From positions 1 to 64,000 of IMG/VR virus record IMGVR_UViG_3300025313_000944: a stretch of 64,000 nucleotides of DNA. The stretch is one strand, 5' to 3'. The notes beneath the pieces were generated by a model. The model saw nothing but the letters and a program-made list of their open reading frames with translations. It was not told where the DNA came from and searched no databases. The position numbers and the translations under genes are program-made. Positions 57,504 through 64,000 of the stretch are shown here, piece by piece. Source of the stretch: a virus. Each line of letters opens with the position of its first letter. Positions within the stretch are counted from its first letter, which is position 1.

Positions 57504-57920
57504 ATGACTATAAATACAACCAATGCCAAGGTACTTAAGGCTCGTAAGAGAATGAGCAGGTCAGATTTTGGCCACCGAAAATTGGTAGTCGAGTGTGCAG
57601 TTTGTGGTGGTCGCAAGAGGTTTAGATCACCTAGTAATCTTTGTGAAGCCTGCAAATACCTGCTGAACCAAGGCAGCTTTGATGAGAAGTTGCAAGCCAT
57701 GGTCACCAACAGACAGGTGGTCCGACGCCGCAAATTTAGGAGCAGAAAGTTTGCCCAGCCACTACCAGTCAAGCAGTATAAATCAGTATTCAGGGCATAT
57801 GTACCAACAGTAGAGGTACAAGGCATACCAATAGTGGTGGGCCAAGACCAGTGGGATGAGTTATTGGCCACTAATGATGGCGGTAACTGGTCAACCTTTC
57901 AACCCAATGGAGGTGAATAA
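57504..57920 (+). CDS. basic Zn-finger protein
   Basis: CAVCG..CEAC, Arg/Lys-rich; AAGGAGGTG RBS. Confidence 0.65.
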   Translation: MTINTTNAKVLKARKRMSRSDFGHRKLVVECAVCGGRKRFRSPSNLCEACKYLLNQGSFDEKLQAMVTNRQVVRRRKFRSRKFAQPLPVKQYKSVFRAYVPTVEVQGIPIVVGQDQWDELLATNDGGNWSTFQPNGGE

Positions 57921-57922
57921 AG

Positions 57923-58129
57923 ATGTGGTCATGCCCAACACACCCGCAAATTAGGTTTGCTGCCAACAGGCCAGACACCTGCCAGCAAATAGTATCAACC
58001 GTATGTGACAAGTGTCAAGAAGCAAACCCGGTAAGTCAGTTTGGGTTTCACCCCTATGGTTGTGGTGGTAATGTAGTAGCTATTCGCTGTAGGAGAAAAT
58101 TGGAGGTAGATAAAGATGAAGGAGATTGA
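57923..58129 (+). CDS. small Cys/His-rich protein
   Basis: 68 aa, GGAGGTG RBS. Confidence 0.55.
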   Translation: MWSCPTHPQIRFAANRPDTCQQIVSTVCDKCQEANPVSQFGFHPYGCGGNVVAIRCRRKLEVDKDEGD

Positions 58130-58379
58130 CGAGTACAATTCTAGGTTTATCAGTGGTGTAGGCATTGCCGCCAGCAGAGTCAGGTTGTTGCTGAAAGAAT
58201 GCTTACCAATCCACGGCTCATTGGTCTACAACGGCTTGGTGGCAGAGTGCCCCAAACGGACGCCTTACCAGTCGTTCAGGTATTGGACACAAGCCTTGCG
58301 AGCGGTTGAAGGTCTGCACGCGGCACCGGCACTTCTGGAACGTCTCGGAACCGATGCGGTCCACCAGATGTCTGATTAG
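58116..58379 (+). CDS. hypothetical protein
   Basis: 87 aa, GGAGGT RBS. Confidence 0.5.
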   Translation: MKEIDEYNSRFISGVGIAASRVRLLLKECLPIHGSLVYNGLVAECPKRTPYQSFRYWTQALRAVEGLHAAPALLERLGTDAVHQMSD

Positions 58380-58555
58380 ACTAAAAACATAGGTAAAATA
58401 GCTATTTCAAGCGAAAAAACCGGGGGAAATGGGAAGGTTTCCCCCACCGCCATTATCCAGCTTTTATCTCATTGTTCACCTCCTTTCTTGAGCCCACCTA
58501 GGGTCTTGCCAACCTTAGGTGGGCATTTTCTTTTTATAGAAAGGAGGTACACGAA

Positions 58556-58651
58556 ATGCCCGTAATCGTTATTGTAGTAATCTTGGTAGCCATTGTAGTT
58601 GTGCCAATCGCCGCAGCCTTGCTCGATGGCTACCTGTTGGGAGGTGAATAA
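58556..58651 (+). CDS. 31-aa hydrophobic peptide, not in ORF track
   Basis: AAGGAGGT RBS; MPVIVIVVILVAIVVVPIAAALLDGYLLGGE. Confidence 0.6.
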   Translation: MPVIVIVVILVAIVVVPIAAALLDGYLLGGE

Positions 58652-58750
58652 AGTGGACTTGGTGACTGTTCTTTCATATTTGGTAGTATTGGAGGCCGTC
58701 ATATTCCTAGCTTACGCGGCTGACACGTGGCTAGAATGGTGGTACCGCTA

Positions 58751-59086
58751 ATGCAATACCTCAAGGTAGCAATGGTACTCGTAGCCACTTGGAGGTTTTA
58801 CCGACTCGTGGCGGTGGACACCGGACCTAAATGCCTGCTGCGTAAGTTTAGGTGTTGGGTGGGTGTCAGGTACAACGGGGATTGGTCGGAGTGGAGCACC
58901 GAGAATGGGTCATTGGCTGAAATGATCACGTGCTGTAAGTGTGCTCCGGTGTGGTGGGGGGCAGCCTTTACACTCTTGTATCTATTTGCATCAGATACCT
59001 TGTTCTTCCTTATAACCCTACCATTGATAGCTAGTGCGTTCACCTTGGTGTTTGAAAACATTGTGTATGCACCAAGGGAAAAATAA
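58751..59086 (+). CDS. DUF1360-like membrane protein
   Basis: ATWR..RLV..D.GP....R..ITC..C..VW. Confidence 0.65.
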   Translation: MQYLKVAMVLVATWRFYRLVAVDTGPKCLLRKFRCWVGVRYNGDWSEWSTENGSLAEMITCCKCAPVWWGAAFTLLYLFASDTLFFLITLPLIASAFTLVFENIVYAPREK

Positions 59087-59113
59087 TAGGACAACCTTTA
59101 AGGAGGTACTCAA

Positions 59114-59974
59114 ATGTCTAGCAAGCACAACCGAATATTTGTGGTACTGGTGATCTTGGCTCTCTTATTCAGTTTGGCATCGGTGGCCTACGCCGAAAAA
59201 CCAGACAATGATGGGGAACACGGTAACTCCGGCCAACACGATCCCGACGATGATGGCCGAGGCCCCGACCGGGGTGAGGGTAAGCCGGATGACACCGATG
59301 GTGATCACAACAATGGTTCAGGCAATGACCCCGATCATTGCGACGACAACGAGGGTCGGTGTGGAAATGACGGAGATGAAGGTGGACCCGAAGCTACCGA
59401 GGAACCACTTGCTGACGAGCCTACCCAAGAAGCTACTCAGGAACCTACACCAGAAGAGACAAGTGTGCCTGAGGTGACGGAGCAGCCAACTGAGGAGGCT
59501 ACGCCTGAAGTTACACCTTTGCCGGAGGAGACACCCACACCTGAGGTAACTGAGCAGCCTGAGCTTCCGCCACCTTACACACCTACTGAGCTACCACAAC
59601 CACCACAGACACCCAGAGGTGGTATCCCAGATCGAGACTGCTGGCCAACCGATGCCGATAGTTACACTTGTGGTGGTGACGAAGATACCGGACACAACAA
59701 TAATGACACCTTTGTTCCGGTGATCGACGAAGTCGTGGTAGAACAGGGCTTGGAGCCGTTGCCTATGGCGGGTGTTACAGAATTACCTACCTTGGGTTAT
59801 GGACCTCCGCCAAATAGCTTGTACTTGAATACGGTGTTTGTCTTAATTGCCTTGGCTTTTTGGGCGGGATCGCTGACAACCACCGTTGGTATCTACTTCT
59901 TAGCGCCGCGGCCTAAAGCCACCAAGCAGGAAATGCCTTACCTCGTTCTAGATAACGGTGATGATCTCTGGTAG
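59114..59974 (+). CDS. secreted acidic Pro/Thr/Glu-rich surface protein with LPxxG-TM-basic tail
   Basis: signal peptide ending AYA; Asp/Gly/His-rich head; PTEEATPEVT stalk; LPMAG, LPTLG; hydrophobic segment; PRPKATK. Confidence 0.75.
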   Translation: MSSKHNRIFVVLVILALLFSLASVAYAEKPDNDGEHGNSGQHDPDDDGRGPDRGEGKPDDTDGDHNNGSGNDPDHCDDNEGRCGNDGDEGGPEATEEPLADEPTQEATQEPTPEETSVPEVTEQPTEEATPEVTPLPEETPTPEVTEQPELPPPYTPTELPQPPQTPRGGIPDRDCWPTDADSYTCGGDEDTGHNNNDTFVPVIDEVVVEQGLEPLPMAGVTELPTLGYGPPPNSLYLNTVFVLIALAFWAGSLTTTVGIYFLAPRPKATKQEMPYLVLDNGDDLW

Positions 59975-60000
59975 TAACCATACACAAGGTAGTTGAGTAC

Positions 60001-60030
60001 AGCCCGCAAGAAATTGCGGGCTTTCTTTTT
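60001..60030 (+). terminator. intrinsic terminator
   Basis: AGCCCGCAA-GAAA-TTGCGGGCT-TTCTTTTT. Confidence 0.85.
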
Positions 60031-60286
60031 GACCAAAACCAAGTCGGTACTTCAAAGTTTTTCTCCATCAGAAATATTTCCGCGCAAATACCCAAGCCTG
60101 TTACCTCGGAAACCTTGTGGGTACCCAACCTAGCAATAGATGAGACTACAACTGTAGACTAAGCTACCTACCAACTTTTCGCGGGAAAGATATCTTGGTT
60201 AATATAATATCTATAATAGAGTACTACTATCTTGGTAACAAAATGACTGTTTAAAATCAACACACGGTCTTGGATTAGACTACCGG

Positions 60287-60341
60287 CTATTTAAAATGAG
60301 GATTACTATTTAAAATGAGGATGGCTATTTAAAATGAGGAT
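60287..60341. repeat. 3 x 19-bp tandem repeat
   Basis: CTATTTAAAATGAGGAT three times with 2-nt linkers. Confidence 0.9.
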
Positions 60342-60425
60342 TGGTTCGGCGGTAGATTACCGGCCGGCCGGTAAGTCTTACACTCTGTAAGACTTCATCT
60401 AAACTACACTAGTCTACTATATACT

Positions 60426-60888
60426 GGTAGCATACCTTAGGTGAAACTGGTACTTGACAAATAAAGTACCATGTGCATAGCGGTATCTTGTAAGTTTATT
60501 TCTAGGTAGCATACCAAACAAGATTTTGCCGCAAAAGTAGAAGTCACCCTTGTTTGGTATCTTTACTATATGTAGAACGGTACCACACCGTCAAGATATT
60601 TCCCACAAAAAGTCAAGTACAGCAAACTTGCTTGGTAGCATACCTACCCCTAGCTTGGAAGTCAGGTATGCTACCTATTCAAATTATTTCACTCCAAATA
60701 TTTTCCGCCCAAAGAGTTAAGCCCGTTACGTATAGGGACAAGACGGTACCACACCTAACTTTGCTGCAAAGATTGGCTTGGTATTATTTTACCGCTAATA
60801 AAATCTTTCCAAGTAAGTTGGCCTGTTACCTAGAGAGTGGGTGAAGTAAAGTTTGTGAGTAATTTCACTTATACTTCGGTAGCATACC
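60426..60888. repeat. cluster of GGTAGCATACC boxes
   Basis: exact copies at 60426, 60505, 60634, 60665 (inverted), 60878. Confidence 0.85.
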
Positions 60889-61137
60889 GGGCTCTTATCC
60901 TGGGACTTCGTGAAATCTTTCACACAAGGGCTGGGCGCCGTTTCCTTGTCCAGCAAAAGCTTTTTGGATACTCCCCTGCTTGAAGCACATATATAATGAA
61001 GTAACTTGTAAAATGTAGATTTAATTATATAACTGACATGTAAAGTTGATAGTTTATCGAATATCCAATGACTTCTATTTGTGAAAGGTGTCACATACTT
61101 TATGTTAATTATTCAGATGTGAATTAATTCACATCTG
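60853..61137. promoter_or_regulatory. four Rex/CRP-type palindromic boxes
   Basis: GTGA-N6-TCAC at 60853, 60908, 61079, 61117; the last lies within a perfect 24-bp palindrome 61114-61137. Confidence 0.65.
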
Positions 61138-61156
61138 TAATCTCAGTAATTCTTAG

Positions 61157-61185
61157 TTGACAAGCAGTCCATAGTAGGATATACT
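61157..61185 (+). promoter_or_regulatory. sigma70-type promoter
   Basis: TTGACA-17-TATACT. Confidence 0.8.
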
Positions 61186-61598
61186 GTGGACAATCGAATA
61201 TGACAAAAAACGGAAACGCGAACACTAGGCTCCCAGGACTTCCAAGAACGCTAGGGGAGAAAACGAAAGACACTCCGCCTAGACTGAAGGAAGACAGGAA
61301 AGTTAGATTGAATCGCGTGGGAATAAACAGACGGGAAATTAATCATTCAGAGGTTTTGTATCTCAGGAGTAGACAATGATAAGTAAAGGGGAGTTAATCG
61401 TGAGACTTCTCAACGGGGAAATTGAACTCCCCAAAGATTGGCGTCTAACACGCGCAGATACGATTAGGGCCCTGCTTTACACTCAGGATAATCGTATCCC
61501 CAAATTACTCGTAGGAGAATAAACAATGGAAAAGATACTAGATGCACTCCAATGAGCTAACTTTGTGTCTTAACAAAACTTTAGTCGAGAGAGGATAA

Positions 61599-62219
61599 GT
61601 GAACAAAATGGCTACAAAAGTAGAACAAGTTGTAAAATCGATTATGTCCCTTGGGGCGTTTGCGAGAATTGCGCAATTGCACAACCGCGCTTCACAGAAA
61701 AATTACATAGGCCAGCTTGTGCAAAACCAAGGAACGGAGTTCAATCTGGGCTCCGTCAATTTCAAAGGCTACAATTGGCAGAGTGAAAAATCGTCTCTGG
61801 ACAAATCCGCAAAGAGCAGGGGATTATCCCTCACCTGGCCGAAAGTGTTTGAGACTATCAGTCAATTGAAAACTGAGACATCGTTCACTCGCAAGATGAC
61901 AGCTTATCTAGTCGCGATGTTTGCGACTAAACTCAGCTGGCGTGATTGGCTCACAAGTCAATTCCTTATTTTTGCTTTCCACAACGACGCGGGGGAATTC
62001 GACGGGAACAAATGGGAAGCCTGGGCTCAAGCCAACGAGTACAGCATTGTGCTGCGCGACAAGCAAGGCGAAGTAGAATCCGAATTTGTCCCTTCCGCTA
62101 AACTGCTTGGTGCCTTAATCACTGCATCAGAGGAGTTAGCTAAGGTAGCAAACTACTCTTCCCACGATAATGTATCTGCTAGATCAGCAGATATCGATAT
62201 CAACAAGTTGTTTGAATAA
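61599..62219 (+). CDS. hypothetical early protein
   Basis: 206 aa, GAGGA RBS. Confidence 0.65.
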   Translation: MNKMATKVEQVVKSIMSLGAFARIAQLHNRASQKNYIGQLVQNQGTEFNLGSVNFKGYNWQSEKSSLDKSAKSRGLSLTWPKVFETISQLKTETSFTRKMTAYLVAMFATKLSWRDWLTSQFLIFAFHNDAGEFDGNKWEAWAQANEYSIVLRDKQGEVESEFVPSAKLLGALITASEELAKVANYSSHDNVSARSADIDINKLFE

Positions 62220-62273
62220 AATCAAAATGGGGACTATGACAGTCCCCTAACTTCAATAAGAGAGAATAGTCCG

Positions 62274-62435
62274 ATGAACAAGATTGTTTTGATCATTTTG
62301 ATGTTTCTGTCTTTCGTGTTGTTTGCTTGTAAAGACCAAAATTCTTGGTCTTGTACGACGTTAGACGGAACGCCAGTGCCGCCGAATTGCACCCCTGACA
62401 TTATCCCCACTCCACAGATGGGGATAGAGAAGTAA
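62274..62435 (+). CDS. 53-aa lipoprotein, not in ORF track
   Basis: MNKIVLIILMFLSFVLFAC lipobox; two more Cys; PTP motif. Confidence 0.6.
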   Translation: MNKIVLIILMFLSFVLFACKDQNSWSCTTLDGTPVPPNCTPDIIPTPQMGIEK

Positions 62436-62481
62436 ACAACTTAAATCCAACGAAACTAGGATAAAGAGGTAGGAATAAGCT

Positions 62482-62670
62482 ATGTCACCCAAGACTAAGA
62501 GAAACTTCATTCTCGTGTTAGTTCCTGTCGTTATGTTCCTTGCGCAGTTAGCCTGTATAGATGACGGGCCCCCAGTCAGTGTTGTTGTTCCTACTCCTAT
62601 CATTGTTCCCAACGGAGGGGGAGTGATGGGCTGGGTAGCATGTGAGACTGGGATTGATAAGTGTGATTAA
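62482..62670 (+). CDS. lipoprotein
   Basis: KRNFILVLVPVVMFLAQLAC lipobox; VPTP; two C-terminal Cys. Confidence 0.65.
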   Translation: MSPKTKRNFILVLVPVVMFLAQLACIDDGPPVSVVVPTPIIVPNGGGVMGWVACETGIDKCD

Positions 62671-62703
62671 TCCCAATACTACAATAGAATAGTACATTGA
62701 GAC

Positions 62704-62735
62704 AGAGCCAAGCCTTAATTGCTTGGCTCTTTTTT
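62704..62735 (+). terminator. intrinsic terminator
   Basis: AGAGCCAAGC-CTTAATT-GCTTGGCTCT-TTTTT. Confidence 0.88.
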
Positions 62736-62747
62736 ATTTTATTCTAT

Positions 62748-62834
62748 TTGTGAAAAGGTGCACAAGATAGTACCCGGTGTCACAATAGTGTGAATATTAT
62801 CACAAGCCCCCCCCCTTCGTGAAAAAATTCACGA
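62748..62834. promoter_or_regulatory. array of Rex/CRP-type boxes
   Basis: boxes at 62748, 62788, 62817, half-site at 62768. Confidence 0.6.
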
Positions 62835-63246
62835 GTAGAACACCGGTTCTACGGGGTGTGGACGTTGATTATGGTTAAAGAGTTTTTGGTTAATAACTTT
62901 ACATAATATATATTGCAGGCATTAGACATGGTGTTTGTAATTATTACTCGACATAATATTTTATGTAAATACCGGTTAACAACCAGATTAAAATATTGGT
63001 ACTACTCCTAATACCAGGTAAAACATCGCTTCCCCCGAAAGTTTAATTAAGTTGTATTCAATTTAACGTGACCAATTTAGTGTTTCAGTTTCTCTACGTA
63101 CTTCTGAAGCATAACTTTGAACCTCTTAGAACCAGCTCCTTCTTCGGCTTGGGCTAGAAGTTGTCTGGTGTAGGCCAACAGAAGTTCACGACTATCCCTG
63201 AGTTCGTCTAGAAGTTTATCTTTAACTTCATCATACTCATCCATCT

Positions 63247-63591
63247 TTACCCCTTGGTCATGGCCGCCAATAAAGTTCTTATGGTCGCGGTTACTTCTTG
63301 TACCACAGCCGTGACTTCATCTTTAACCTTCAGCAAGGTTTGCAGGTGGGCTTCTTGCATCTCTAATTTCTCTTCTTGGAGTTCTTTGACTTCTTCTATG
63401 TGTTTTTGCAAGATAGCTTGGATTTGGTCACGCAAAGCTTCTACTCGTTTGTAGAGGTGCATGATGACCAGGATGTTGATAGCCGTGATCAAACCCAAGA
63501 TACCTTTGTCCAAAAATTTTTCTAAGAATTGGTCTAACACTGTTTTTCCTTTCTTCATATACCTCCGCCCAAGGTTAATTAAATTGGTCAA
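63247..63591 (-). CDS. single-TM coiled-coil protein, possibly lysis-related
   Basis: TM GILGLITAINILVIM then coiled coil; start probably MKKGK after GGAGGT. Confidence 0.55.
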   Translation of the reverse strand: MTNLINLGRRYMKKGKTVLDQFLEKFLDKGILGLITAINILVIMHLYKRVEALRDQIQAILQKHIEEVKELQEEKLEMQEAHLQTLLKVKDEVTAVVQEVTATIRTLLAAMTKG

Positions 63592-63613
63592 CCAAATTGA
63601 TACAATTTAGTGG

Positions 63614-64000
63614 TTAAGTTACTTCGTAAGTTCCATTGAAATAAATTAAATCCCCGTTAGCCAGAGCAAAGCTGGGGTTTGATCCCACGTAACCAGCTTG
63701 ATTGATGATAACTCGCCAATCGGTGGTTCCCTCGGCAAACAAGATACCCACATAGTTGGCCGTACCGGTGTCATTAACCCGGGCAAAGCCAAGTGGCATG
63801 ATGGCATTTACGCCCCGTATGGCTGCTGGTTGTCCACCGATGATGATGTCGCTCCCACCAGTACCGGCGCTGGTGATAGTTAACACAGCGTCCAAATGGC
63901 AAATCTTATTGACGACTTTATATTTGCATACGTTAGCTGTTAATGTCACTGAGACGCCCTGTGTAACAGTTGGCGTCCAGGCATTCCAACCTGTCAAGGT
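63614..64000 (-). CDS. C-terminal part of a tail protein, open at right edge
   Basis: WNAWTPTV..YKVVNK....GTYEV beta-sandwich typical of tail proteins. Confidence 0.65.
   Translation of the reverse strand, partial: TLTGWNAWTPTVTQGVSVTLTANVCKYKVVNKICHLDAVLTITSAGTGGSDIIIGGQPAAIRGVNAIMPLGFARVNDTGTANYVGILFAEGTTDWRVIINQAGYVGSNPSFALANGDLIYFNGTYEVT

Noticed and set aside
60454-60482. Promoter at TTGACA 60454
   Set aside because: No acceptable -10 hexamer at 17-nt spacing (ATAGCG)
60287-60888. CRISPR array
   Set aside because: Repeats are 11-17 bp with 2-nt or irregular spacing; no repeat-spacer periodicity
60554-61094. ORFs 60554-60844 and 60795-61094
   Set aside because: No RBS, run through repeat/operator DNA, no protein-like motifs
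1-64000. Genome-wide stop-codon reassignment
   Set aside because: Conserved genes are intact in the standard code, all three stops end genes, and the MT-A70 break also needs a frame change
1-64000. Prophage/integration module, DGR or retron
   Set aside because: No integrase, host-like flank or reverse transcriptase recognisable in the window

Overview
The window is most of a tailed dsDNA phage genome; no integrase or recognisable repressor is visible. Modules, left to right: (1) minus-strand virion/packaging block 1-10.8 kb (tail protein, major capsid, decoration, protease/scaffold, portal, intein-containing TerL, probable TerS), with two atypical tRNAs and a ~280-nt structured non-coding segment between terS and terL; (2) minus-strand operon 10.9-16.0 kb (PD-(D/E)XK exonuclease, DNA methyltransferase, RNase H, HNH) headed by a sortase behind a perfect sigma70 promoter; (3) plus-strand replication/nucleotide operon 16.4-37.5 kb (SLT, family A polymerase, RecA with HNH intein, SSB, DnaB, resolvase, intein-containing DEDD exonuclease, RNA ligase, primase, MazG-like, split MT-A70, class II RNR, phosphatases); (4) minus-strand block 37.6-54.8 kb with a phiEco32-like peptide-ligase cluster (ATP-grasp, two COOH-NH2 ligases, three glutamine amidotransferases, SAM methyltransferase) and a RuvB lacking its RuvA-docking hairpin; (5) probable early region 55-62.8 kb rich in promoters, repeated operators (GGTAGCATACC; Rex/CRP-type boxes), small membrane/lipoproteins and a secreted protein with an LPxxG sorting signal; (6) end of a tail module. 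The strongest candidate for an undescribed system is a phage-encoded surface display/remodelling kit (sortase + candidate substrate + lipoproteins, possibly with the amidoligase cluster). The host is inferred, not shown, to be a monoderm, possibly Chloroflexota. All calls are motif recognition by eye; no searches were run.
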